Of a stretch of DNA of 64,000 nt, positions 1-8,887 are shown one piece after another (position 1 is the first letter of the stretch; each line of letters starts with the position of its first letter). This stretch comes from Candidatus Omnitrophota bacterium. GTDB taxonomy: Bacteria > Omnitrophota > Gorgyraeia > Gorgyraeales > Gorgyraeaceae. The notes beneath the pieces were generated by a model. The model did not search any database, was not told the origin of the DNA, and saw only the letters and a list, made by a program, of their open reading frames with translations. The position numbers and the translations under genes were made by a program. The stretch lies in NCBI GenBank assembly GCA_043821705.1, contig JBDRCN010000051.1, positions 28,007 to 92,006 of the forward strand, read 5' to 3'.

Positions 1-1
1 T

Positions 2-700
2 TATTTTTATGTTAGCGAGAAAAGGGGAAGTATAAAGAATGTAAATTTTGCTACATTTTTACTTATATTTTCTGCGATCGGCCTGACTTTTTCAAGGGGC
101 ACATGGATCTCTTTGATATTGATGCTCACGGTTTGGATGGCATTAAAAAGGAAGTTCAAGTGGATTGTTTTAGTGTGGAGCCTGGCTGTATTGTTTATCT
201 GGTTCTCTTCTTCAAGGTTTTGTTTTATCCCGGGCTTTAGGCATCGCTTTAGGATAGAACTATTGAGGCATTATATTAAATATGCTCACAGGACAGGTGC
301 GTATTTAGTTACTTGGAGCATGTTAAAAGAACACCCTTTTGTAGGTATTGGTCTAGGTCATTTTAGAGTATTATTTAATCTCTATTCAAATACGAAGCGT
401 AGCTATGAAGTCATGATCCCTGACAGCGTTTATCTCATGCATTTGGCAGAGACAGGTATTATCGGATTCGCAGGTTTTATAGCATTTTTAGGGAGTATAT
501 TTAGGAAACTCTTTATATCGTATGGGAAATCTGAAGAAAATAGTAAAAAGCTGATTTTTTATATGTCCATAAGCTTTATAGGCCTGTTGTTTAATATGAA
601 TACTTATGATGTTTTTTTATGGAAGACACCGCTTTATCTGTTTTGGTTGTTTTGTGGAATTTTAATGTCTTTTTCTATGGAAGAGCAAGCTCGTCTATAA
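2..700 (+). CDS. O-antigen ligase / Wzy_C-family membrane protein, 5'-truncated by the window edge. The frame is open from base 2 and the stop is at 698-700.
   Basis: The translation contains FSRGTWISLILML...HPFVGIGLGHF...YLMHLAETGIIGF and multiple TM segments typical of the O-antigen ligase domain. The reading frame runs open to the window start. Confidence 0.55.
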   Translation, partial: YFYVSEKRGSIKNVNFATFLLIFSAIGLTFSRGTWISLILMLTVWMALKRKFKWIVLVWSLAVLFIWFSSSRFCFIPGFRHRFRIELLRHYIKYAHRTGAYLVTWSMLKEHPFVGIGLGHFRVLFNLYSNTKRSYEVMIPDSVYLMHLAETGIIGFAGFIAFLGSIFRKLFISYGKSEENSKKLIFYMSISFIGLLFNMNTYDVFLWKTPLYLFWLFCGILMSFSMEEQARL

Positions 701-1817
701 ACGTATCAAGGTCATCTATAATTTTTTCCCAGTTATATCTTAGCGATGCTTCTCTAGCAGCCTGCCCCATTTTTAATACGATATCTTTATTATCTGCAAG
801 ATAGGCCAATTTTTTAGACATCTCAGTGGAAGATAGCGGGGTAAGAAGCCCGGTGACATTATTATCTATTATCTCTTTTGGGCCGCCTTGATCTATTGCT
901 ATTACAGGTTTTCCATAAGCCATTGCTTCTATAATAGTGATGCCAAAGTCTTCGTTGGGGGTAGTGGAAAGAGTTGCATAGCTATTTTGGAAAAGCTTAC
1001 GGAAAGTGTTTTTATCCGGATCTGGTATAATTTTTATTTTTTTATTGTTTTTAGATAGTTTTACTAGATAGTTATAGTATTTCTCGCTTCTTTTGTCTAA
1101 TTGTCCGGCTATGATAAGTTCAAAATTATTGTTTTTTTTGCAAAATATATTAAATGCTTCTATAGAAAGTTCAATATTTTTCCACCACTTTAGTCTGGCA
1201 GGGTGCAGAAAATAATTGTCATATTTCCATGTAGGAGTTATATTTTTACAATTTACCCCATTTGGCAATATGTGAATATGATTTTTGCTTATAAGATCAG
1301 CATTCAGAATTCTTTTTTTTACTTCTTGGCTTATCGTTATGGCATGTTTATAGTTTTTCCATGCTATCTTATCAATTGCCTTAAAGATATTAGACGCTAA
1401 GAGAAAAATAGGTTTTTTAAGTATATTTTTCTTTAAATAGACACCTTTCATGAAAGGATCATGAATAACTTTAATAGGGGTATGACAGAAGCATAAAATA
1501 GGTAAAGAGTGGTTTCTGAGCGTTATAAGATCTCCAAGCCCTTCGCTGTGTACTATCAATGCATCGTATTTTGAAAGGTTTATTTTTTGGAAGCACACCT
1601 TTAAAGCAGCCAGTAATACTTTTAAATATCCGCGCTCAACAGGTATTTTTGATAGCTCTACAATGTCTAAGTTCCTGAATTCTTTAAATGTTTGATCTTT
1701 ATCATAGTGGCTTGTAAAGATGGTCCAATTATGACGGCTACGCTTCACTGTTTCTAGTATAGTTTTCTCTATGCCACTTTTTAGATATATCCAAGGGTAA
1801 TATAAGGCAATTTTCAT
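675..1817 (-). CDS. Glycosyltransferase family 1 (GT4-type, retaining)
   Basis: 380 aa. The C-terminal GT1 motif EDFGITIIEAMAYGKPVIAIDQGGPKEII...TGLL is present. It is convergent with the upstream ligase gene. Confidence 0.85.
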   Translation of the reverse strand: MKIALYYPWIYLKSGIEKTILETVKRSRHNWTIFTSHYDKDQTFKEFRNLDIVELSKIPVERGYLKVLLAALKVCFQKINLSKYDALIVHSEGLGDLITLRNHSLPILCFCHTPIKVIHDPFMKGVYLKKNILKKPIFLLASNIFKAIDKIAWKNYKHAITISQEVKKRILNADLISKNHIHILPNGVNCKNITPTWKYDNYFLHPARLKWWKNIELSIEAFNIFCKKNNNFELIIAGQLDKRSEKYYNYLVKLSKNNKKIKIIPDPDKNTFRKLFQNSYATLSTTPNEDFGITIIEAMAYGKPVIAIDQGGPKEIIDNNVTGLLTPLSSTEMSKKLAYLADNKDIVLKMGQAAREASLRYNWEKIIDDLDTFIDELALP

Positions 1818-1837
1818 TTCGTTTTCTTTTTTAAAAA

Positions 1838-2923
1838 ATGTGTTATAATGAAGTTATGGAAAATAAAAAAACCAGCTTTGAAGATCGGTTGATATTTTTA
1901 TGTGCTCAGATAAAAACCACAACAGCTCAAATTGATGAGATTAAAGAGGTCTTAGCGCATAATCTGTCATGGGAACATGTTATTGCAGTATCAAGTAAGC
2001 ATGGTGTGTCCCCATTTTTATATTATAATCTAAAAAAGACAGATTTGTCAAACTTGATATCAAAAGATATTTTTGGAAGATTGAAAAATATTTATTATTT
2101 GAATTTAGCTAGAAATTTAAAATTATTAAATGAAGTATATATTTTGATATATTCTTTAAGAAAAAACGGGATCGATGTTATCCCGCTAAAAGGAGCATGT
2201 TTGTTGGAGACAGTCTATAAGGATCCTGGCTTAAGAAGAATAGCTGATATTGATATTTTGGTAAAAGAAAAAGATCTGGATAAATTAAGAGAAAATATGC
2301 CAAATGAGTACATTGAATGGGAATGCGCTGACCTAACTCAAAAGAAAAAACATACAAATTTTACAAGATCAATAACAAAGTTCTTAAAATTACATCTAGA
2401 CGTACATACGAATATATCAAATCTATCTATGCCAAGACCTCATAAAATAGATATTCCGCTATGGGATAGGGCTGAGATATATGATATAAACGGTAAAGAT
2501 ATTTATTTTTTATCAAAAGAAGATACTTTCTTAAATTTAGCCATTCATTTGAGGAGGCATACTCGTGTGGCGACGTTAAAGTTAAAATATTTGCAGGATA
2601 TTGCAGAGCTGCTTAAGGCTTACGGAAAAGACTTTGACTGGAGATATATATTAAGGATGGCAAAGAAGAATAATATTAAGAATGCTGTGTTTTATGCGTT
2701 GTTTATTTGTAAGAAGTTTTTTGGAGTTTCTGTTAATGAGGAAGTTTTTTTTAGTCTTAGACCAAACAGTCTTATAGTCAAAATTATGGATATCTTACTT
2801 AATAAAGAGACATTTTTTAAATTAAAACCATGGCATGGAGTGATATTGAGATTGTTGATGTTTGATAGGTTTTACTATGTTTTTTGTTATCTACATATAA
2901 TAGTTTTTAGAAAATGGGACTAG
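1838..2923 (+). CDS. Uncharacterised nucleotidyltransferase-like protein (NTP_transf_5-like). It is the first gene of the candidate RiPP island.
   Basis: 361 aa with a DxD-type motif RIADIDILV. Its size and composition resemble the nucleotidyltransferases found beside HPr-kinase-like enzymes in RiPP clusters. An extended -10 TGtTATAAT at 1841-1849 overlaps the first ATG, so the true start may be the ATG at 1856. Confidence 0.5.
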   Translation: MCYNEVMENKKTSFEDRLIFLCAQIKTTTAQIDEIKEVLAHNLSWEHVIAVSSKHGVSPFLYYNLKKTDLSNLISKDIFGRLKNIYYLNLARNLKLLNEVYILIYSLRKNGIDVIPLKGACLLETVYKDPGLRRIADIDILVKEKDLDKLRENMPNEYIEWECADLTQKKKHTNFTRSITKFLKLHLDVHTNISNLSMPRPHKIDIPLWDRAEIYDINGKDIYFLSKEDTFLNLAIHLRRHTRVATLKLKYLQDIAELLKAYGKDFDWRYILRMAKKNNIKNAVFYALFICKKFFGVSVNEEVFFSLRPNSLIVKIMDILLNKETFFKLKPWHGVILRLLMFDRFYYVFCYLHIIVFRKWD

Positions 2924-2989
2924 ATACATAAAGTTATTTACCTTAAGAACAAACTATTGTATACTGTGGAGTATGGAGAAGCGTGAAAT

Positions 2990-4957
2990 ATGAAAAGTGA
3001 ATACATGGCTATAAAAAACCAAACAAATCTTCCAAGAATACCACTTGAGGCAAGTATAGATCTTACCTATAGATGTAATAATAACTGCAGGCATTGCTGG
3101 AATCGGATACCTGGAAACTCAAAAAAAGAAAAAGAAGAGCTTTCGTTAGAAGAGATTAAAAATATAGCTTCTGAAGCCAGGAGCCTAGGAACAAGGAAAT
3201 GGCTTATCTCTGGTGGGGAGCCTATGCTGAGGCAGGATTTTATAGATATATTTGATTATTTGACCAGCCATTCCAAAAGCTTTCATCTTAATACAAATGG
3301 CACCCTGATTACTCCCAAGATAGCAAAAGTTTTTAAAAAGAGGCGCGGCGCTATAATGGTGGCTTTATATGGCGGAGATAAAAAGGTGCATGACCATATT
3401 ACCCGCAACCCAGGCTCATTTGAGCAAGCTTTAAGAGGTTTTAGATATCTAAAAGAAGAAGGGGTTAGATTTATAGTTCAGCTGATTCCCATGAAAGATA
3501 ATTTCCATCAGATAGATAAAATGAAAGAATTAGCTAAATCTCTCAGTGATGTTTATAGAATAGGCGCTTCATGGCTATTTGGTTCTGGATGCGCGGAAAG
3601 AAATAAAGAGATATTTAAGCAAAGGCTTCCTGCGGAAGTGGTGGTAGATTTAGACAAACCTGATATGTCATATGATAATAATGGTTTTGATCCGGAAGAA
3701 GAGGTTAAAAAAGAGGAGAGTTGCAGTATTAATACGAAGGGTATTTTTTCATCCTGCATAGACATGAGGCGTAATTTTCACATAGACCCCTGTGGAAAAA
3801 TGAGCTTCTGCAGTTTTGTTATAGGCCCGGAATTACGATACGACTTAAAATCAGGAACATTAAAAGATGCATGGGAGAATTTTATCCCATCTTTAAAAAA
3901 TAAGCTTACTGCTACAGAAAGATACCAGAAAACTTGCGGTTCGTGTGAACTTAGAGGAGATTGTAAGACATGTCCTGCTTATAGTTATTTGGAACATAAA
4001 AATTATTCAGGGAAGATAGGTTATCTTTGCGATGCAGCAAAAGAGACAAAGAAATATAAGGATAACTGGAAAAAGAATCACAGGAGGTTTTACGAAATAG
4101 CTGATATCAGTATACAGGTTGATTCAGATCTTCCTATAACAGATAAGACCTTTGCCAGTAAGTTTAAAGAGTTTGAAATAAAAAGCCCAGAAAAAGACAT
4201 AGTTAAAATAAGGCATCACTTTGGCATACCTGACATAACAAAAAAAGTTCTAGGAGAGGAGGTCTATCGTAAAGCACCATGGGCAATATATAAAAAGAAA
4301 AATTCCTGGATATATTTAGGTATATCTCCGATAGAAGACGATAAGCACCTTGATAGAATCGCTGTCTTTAATAAAGAGCATACTAGGCTAAGAGTGTATA
4401 ATACTAAGAGCAATAAGTTATTAAATAATTGCTCAACATCTTTAACTTTTTTTCCTAATGACCAGATAATGATTTCCAGGGCCTTGGCAGACAGAAATGG
4501 GTGTTATTTTCATTCAAGCGGAGTGGATTTTGAAGGAAAAGGCCTGTTGTTTATAGGACACGCAGAGGCAGGTAAGACTACAATGGCCAAGCTTTTGGAG
4601 GAAAAAGGAGCGGATATATTGTGCGATGAGCGTGTTATAGCCAGGAAAAAAAATGGCCAGTTCAGAATATATGGCACCTGGGATCATAGTGATTGGAATA
4701 AAGTGCTTAATAAAAGCGCTCCCTTAAAAGGAATATTCTTTCTTGAAAAATCAAAGCATAATTACTTAGAAAAAGTAAAGAATAAACAGATAATCATAAA
4801 AAAGCTTCTTTCAAGGGTTGTTAGGCCATTTGTAGATAAAGAATGGTGGGATAAGATAGTTTCAATAATAGAAGCTTTATCAAATGAAGTACCATGTTAT
4901 TTTGTCTATTTTGATAAGACAGGCAGGATAGCAGAGGTATTAAGGAAGTTAAAATGA
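2990..4957 (+). CDS. Radical SAM / SPASM-domain peptide-modifying enzyme fused to a C-terminal HPr-kinase-like P-loop domain
   Basis: 655 aa. It has a CNNNCRHC (Cx3Cx2C) radical-SAM motif and a GGEP glycine-rich SAM motif. A Cys-rich SPASM region CGSCELRGDCKTCPAY follows. The C-terminal HSSGVDFEGKGLLFIGHAEAGKTT...ADILCDERV matches the HprK C-domain pattern H-S-x-V-x-GKG-LL-G-x-GKT...DD/ER-V. Confidence 0.8.
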   Translation: MKSEYMAIKNQTNLPRIPLEASIDLTYRCNNNCRHCWNRIPGNSKKEKEELSLEEIKNIASEARSLGTRKWLISGGEPMLRQDFIDIFDYLTSHSKSFHLNTNGTLITPKIAKVFKKRRGAIMVALYGGDKKVHDHITRNPGSFEQALRGFRYLKEEGVRFIVQLIPMKDNFHQIDKMKELAKSLSDVYRIGASWLFGSGCAERNKEIFKQRLPAEVVVDLDKPDMSYDNNGFDPEEEVKKEESCSINTKGIFSSCIDMRRNFHIDPCGKMSFCSFVIGPELRYDLKSGTLKDAWENFIPSLKNKLTATERYQKTCGSCELRGDCKTCPAYSYLEHKNYSGKIGYLCDAAKETKKYKDNWKKNHRRFYEIADISIQVDSDLPITDKTFASKFKEFEIKSPEKDIVKIRHHFGIPDITKKVLGEEVYRKAPWAIYKKKNSWIYLGISPIEDDKHLDRIAVFNKEHTRLRVYNTKSNKLLNNCSTSLTFFPNDQIMISRALADRNGCYFHSSGVDFEGKGLLFIGHAEAGKTTMAKLLEEKGADILCDERVIARKKNGQFRIYGTWDHSDWNKVLNKSAPLKGIFFLEKSKHNYLEKVKNKQIIIKKLLSRVVRPFVDKEWWDKIVSIIEALSNEVPCYFVYFDKTGRIAEVLRKLK

Positions 4958-5053
4958 AAGTTCAATTTTTAAGAAAATCTTCAATATTTGCAAAAGTGTG
5001 GTATAATATATTAAAGATATATAAGCCATATTGTTAAAATAGGAGGATGTTTT

Positions 5054-5263
5054 ATGAAACAAAAAAAATGGGATAAGCCTGAATTGATTGTATTGTTGAG
5101 AGGAGAACCTGGAGAAGATGTTTTAATAGGGCAGTGCAAAACAGACACCGATGGTACTGACAAAATAGGGCCTATGGATGTAATAACAGGTTGCAGAGTT
5201 AACGCAGGTTGGATGGGCTGTCCGCCGGAGACAGCGTGCAGAGATTTTAGTTATACAACTTAG
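5054..5263 (+). CDS. RiPP precursor peptide A, with a PqqA-like leader (WDKPELIVLLRGEPGE) and a Cys-rich core ending in ...CRDFSYTT
   Basis: 69 aa. A strong RBS AGGAGG lies 8 nt upstream. A TGn-TATAAT promoter is at ~4976-5004. The core has five Cys. It lies between radical-SAM maturase genes. Confidence 0.6.
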   Translation: MKQKKWDKPELIVLLRGEPGEDVLIGQCKTDTDGTDKIGPMDVITGCRVNAGWMGCPPETACRDFSYTT

Positions 5264-5361
5264 CTAGCTCAGGAGGCTGAGAAAGTCTCGTTTTGTGTAT
5301 AATTTTGCTTTAGTAATAGTAGGATTTATAAATTTGTTATGTTAAAAAAGGGGTATTTATT

Positions 5362-5577
5362 ATGAAACAAAAAAAATAGAATAAGCCTGAATTGATTGTA
5401 TTGTTGAGAGGGGAGCCAGGAGAGTCAGTATTAGTCGGTGAATGTCTTACTGTATCAGCCGAGCCAGAGTTAGGTTCTAGTATAGGTGCAGCAGCAGAGG
5501 TAAACAATTGTGCATTGGTAAGATCTGCTGGTTGTGCAGCTATACAATGCAGTGCTATAGGCTATGAAGTCATATAG
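5362..5577 (+). CDS. RiPP precursor peptide B, a paralog of A, with an in-frame TAG at codon 6 (5377-5379) where A has TGG (Trp). It is either a pseudogene or uses the TTG start at 5392.
   Basis: The nucleotide sequence atgaaacaaaaaaaaTAGaataagcctgaattgattgtattgttgagagg parallels precursor A codon for codon. The downstream leader ELIVLLRGEPGESVLVGEC is conserved. The core is Gly/Ala/Cys-rich and sactipeptide-like. Confidence 0.45.
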
Positions 5578-5646
5578 GGGATTTCTGCTTTTATTTGTCT
5601 CGGCCCAAGATGAGATTGCAATCTAAATATTTAAAAGAAGCTAGCT

Positions 5647-6828
5647 ATGCATCAGGTATATGTAAAGAAAAAAAACATAAAACCTTATTTAGGTACTTTA
5701 ACCATAGAGCTTACAGAGAGGTGTAATAATAACTGCACTCACTGCTGTATTAACCTACCTGAACAGGACCTAGAGGCAAAAAGAAAAGAACTTTCCACAG
5801 ATAAGATAAAGTCTATTATTGAAGAGGCGCTTATTCTTGGCTGTAGGAAGATATGGTTTACAGGAGGAGAGCCTCTTCTAAGAGAGGATTTTGAAGACAT
5901 ATACATATTTACGCGTAAACTTGGGTTAAGAGTACTTCTTTTTACTAATGCTATGCTTATTACTCCTCGCATAATAGATGTTTTTAAAAAATATCCACCT
6001 AATGAAAAAATAGAAGTCACAGTATATGGATTAACTAAACAATCCTATGAATCTTCTACCAGGGTTCCTGGTTCTTTTGAAAAATTTAATCAAGGTACAA
6101 ACTTATTAAAAGAAAACAATATCCCATTTGTAATCAAGACAGCTTTATTGCCAGGAAATAAGCATGAAATGGGTAAAATACGAAGTTTTTCAGATTCCCT
6201 TCCTGCTACAGAGCTTGGCCTTCATTATTCTCTGCATTTTGACCTGCGAGGAAGAAGGGATGATGAAAAAAAGAACAACATGATAAAGCAATTAAGGATT
6301 TCTTCAAGAGATTCACTAGAGGTTTTAGCGAAAAATCGCGATGCTTATATTAAAGAGAAAAAGTTATATTGCAATAGATTTAATGGCTTAAAGGGAGATA
6401 GGCTTTTTTCATGCGGCGCAGGAATGCAGGGGGCGACTCTGGATGCTTATGGAAATCTACAACCCTGCGTTCTTCTTCGCCACCCTGATACAGTTTATGA
6501 CATTAAGAAAGGCACATTAAAAGAAGGGCTTAAAAAAATGCTCTATGAGGTGAGGAATATCCGTGCTGCTAACCCTGATTATTTATCCCGTTGTGCAAAA
6601 TGTTTTATAAAAGTATTATGTGAGCAGTGCCCAGGAAAATCATGGGGAGAACACGGTACTCTGGATACGCCGGTTGAATATCTTTGCAGTCTTGCGCATG
6701 GTTCTGCAAGATTTCTTGGCCTTTTAAAAGATAATGAAAGGGCGTGGGAGATTGAAGATGGGATAGAGAGGATGGAGAGGTTCACAGGCAAGAAAATAAA
6801 GGAGGTAGAAAGTGTCAACAAAAGTTAA
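5647..6828 (+). CDS. Radical SAM / SPASM-domain peptide maturase (paralog 2)
   Basis: 393 aa. It has CNNNCTHC, GGEPLL, and a C-terminal Cys cluster CAKCFIKVLCEQCPG. It is highly similar to the enzymes at 2990 and 7603. Confidence 0.8.
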   Translation: MHQVYVKKKNIKPYLGTLTIELTERCNNNCTHCCINLPEQDLEAKRKELSTDKIKSIIEEALILGCRKIWFTGGEPLLREDFEDIYIFTRKLGLRVLLFTNAMLITPRIIDVFKKYPPNEKIEVTVYGLTKQSYESSTRVPGSFEKFNQGTNLLKENNIPFVIKTALLPGNKHEMGKIRSFSDSLPATELGLHYSLHFDLRGRRDDEKKNNMIKQLRISSRDSLEVLAKNRDAYIKEKKLYCNRFNGLKGDRLFSCGAGMQGATLDAYGNLQPCVLLRHPDTVYDIKKGTLKEGLKKMLYEVRNIRAANPDYLSRCAKCFIKVLCEQCPGKSWGEHGTLDTPVEYLCSLAHGSARFLGLLKDNERAWEIEDGIERMERFTGKKIKEVESVNKS

Positions 6829-7120
6829 TCTTGATAAAATTTATAATATCTCTGACGAAGATGTTGTAGCTAGGGAAGTTGCTGGGGAATTTTTAATTAT
6901 TCCTATAACATCAGGCGTAGGAGATATAGAAGATGAGATCTATACTCTAAATGCTACAGGCAAGGCTATATGGGATAAGATAGATGGTAAAAAAACATTA
7001 AAAGAGCTAGCTTCAGAGCTTGCTGCTGAGTTTGAGGGCACTTCTGAAGACATTGAAAGAGATGTCACAGGCATAACAGAGGAGCTTTTAAAAAGAAATA
7101 TAATCTCTGAAAAGAAATAA
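6812..7120 (+). CDS. PqqD-like RiPP recognition element (RRE) protein
   Basis: 102 aa. Its size and pattern (VAREVAGEFLIIP...TLNATGKAIWDKIDGKKTLKEL...) are typical of the PqqD family. It overlaps the upstream radical-SAM gene by 17 nt. Confidence 0.65.
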   Translation: MSTKVNLDKIYNISDEDVVAREVAGEFLIIPITSGVGDIEDEIYTLNATGKAIWDKIDGKKTLKELASELAAEFEGTSEDIERDVTGITEELLKRNIISEKK

Positions 7121-7121
7121 T

Positions 7122-7613
7122 ATGTATCTTAGATATAAGGATGAAGTTGCTTATTTTTATAACGAGGAAATGATTGATTTAATGAAAGAAGCTTTCAAAA
7201 AAGGTAATTCCTTTCGTTTTAAGGCCAAAGGGTTTAGTATGTCGCCTTTCATTAAAGGCGGAGATGTTATTACTATTAAGCCGTTAAAAGAAGTTTCTTT
7301 GATAATAGGCGATATAGTATCTTTTATAAGCCCTAAAACAAATAGCCTTGCAGTGCACAGGATAGTCTCCATAAAAAAAAACGGTTGTGTGTTTAAAGGG
7401 GACAATAGCTTTAATTCTGATGGATTGGTTTTAAATAAGGATATTCTAGGTGTAATAAATAAGATAGAGAGAAATAATAAAGATATTACTTTCGGGCTTG
7501 GTAAGGAAAAAGGTATTATAGTATTTTTAAGTAGGACTAGAATCCTATTTTTATTTTTAAAGGTGTTTAGAGGTGTAAGGCGCTACACCAGGAGATTTTT
7601 TAATGGGAGATGA
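7122..7613 (+). CDS. S24/S26-family (signal-peptidase/LexA-like) serine peptidase, a candidate leader peptidase
   Basis: 163 aa. It has a GFSMSPFIKGGD nucleophile box, GDIVSF, HRIV and a KGDNSFNSDG box E-like motif. It is wedged between RRE and maturase genes. Confidence 0.55.
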   Translation: MYLRYKDEVAYFYNEEMIDLMKEAFKKGNSFRFKAKGFSMSPFIKGGDVITIKPLKEVSLIIGDIVSFISPKTNSLAVHRIVSIKKNGCVFKGDNSFNSDGLVLNKDILGVINKIERNNKDITFGLGKEKGIIVFLSRTRILFLFLKVFRGVRRYTRRFFNGR

Positions 7614-8751
7614 TTTTGTAAAGGTTCAGAAAATAACAGAGTTTAAGTTTAGAGGAAGCTCAAGCTCCACAAATACTCCCAAAGCTTTTAGTTTAGAACT
7701 TACTGCCAGGTGTAATAATAGGTGCGGGCATTGTTACATAGGCTTACCTGCCAATGATAAGGCTGCCAAAGAAAAAGAGTTGTCTTTTGAACAGATTAAA
7801 AGCATAGTTGATCAGGCTGTTTCAATGGGTGTTACAGGATGCCTTTTAACAGGAGGAGAGCCTCTCTTAAGAGATGATTTTTTTGACATCTATTTATACC
7901 TTAAGAAAAAAGGCCTATTTGTGTCTATTTTTACTAATGCCTGCCTTATTACAGAAGAACATGTAAAGCTTTTTAAAAGATATCCGCCGCGTGATGTTGA
8001 AGTAACAGTATATGGCGTTACAAAAGAGACGTATGAAAAAGTCACAAATGTCCCAGGTTCTTTTGATTCTTTTATGAGGGGGCTGAACCTTTTACTAGAT
8101 AATAGTATCAAGGTCAGGTTTAAGGCAATGGCTGTAAGGTCTAATTTAAAAGAACTTGAAGAGATCAAAAAATTCTGTAATGAAAGGACAAAAGATTATT
8201 TTAGATTTGACCCATTGCTTCATTTTAGGTATGACAGAAATGAATTCAGAAACCAGATGATTGCTTCCGAGCGCCTTACGCCTCTAGAAATAGCCCAGAT
8301 AGAAAAAGAGGATTTGAAGAGATTCGAGGTTTTGAAAAAAAACTGTGACAACTATATTATGCCGGAGTTTTTAGATAGAGTTACTAATCGCCTTATCTTA
8401 TGCGGAGCTGGTAATGGGAAATTTGTAGTAACTTATGACGGCTATTTTAAGCTATGCTCATCGCTTCATCATCCAGACTGTATGTATGACCTAAAAAAAG
8501 GCACTTTAAAGGATGCATGGGGAAACTTTATACCTAAAGTGAGGACAATGACCTCAAATAGGAAAGAATTTCTGGAAAAGTGCAGTAAATGCCCTATAAT
8601 AAATCTCTGCCTATGGTGTCCTGCGCATGCGTATCTTGAATCTGGTGAACTGGATAAGCCGATAGATTATTTCTGTGAAGTGGCGCATGCACGTGCGAAA
8701 ATGCTGGAAAGTGCAGTAAAGAAAAAAGAAGATGAAAAATTGCTAAAGTGA
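7603..8751 (+). CDS. Radical SAM / SPASM-domain peptide maturase (paralog 3)
   Basis: 382 aa. It has CNNRCGHC, GGEPLL, and a C-terminal CSKCPIINLCLWCPAHAY. Over its N-terminal ~150 aa it is ~50% identical to the 5647 gene by eye. Confidence 0.8.
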   Translation: MGDDFVKVQKITEFKFRGSSSSTNTPKAFSLELTARCNNRCGHCYIGLPANDKAAKEKELSFEQIKSIVDQAVSMGVTGCLLTGGEPLLRDDFFDIYLYLKKKGLFVSIFTNACLITEEHVKLFKRYPPRDVEVTVYGVTKETYEKVTNVPGSFDSFMRGLNLLLDNSIKVRFKAMAVRSNLKELEEIKKFCNERTKDYFRFDPLLHFRYDRNEFRNQMIASERLTPLEIAQIEKEDLKRFEVLKKNCDNYIMPEFLDRVTNRLILCGAGNGKFVVTYDGYFKLCSSLHHPDCMYDLKKGTLKDAWGNFIPKVRTMTSNRKEFLEKCSKCPIINLCLWCPAHAYLESGELDKPIDYFCEVAHARAKMLESAVKKKEDEKLLK

Positions 8752-8887
8752 TAAATTGCTAAATGGCTAAACTGTTAAATGGCTAAATTGCTAAATTGTT
8801 CAAAATTCAAAAATGATATAAGAAAAAGGACATAAAAATAAGGTAATTTATTTTGTATAAATACTAAAGATAGTATCTTGGGGAAAT

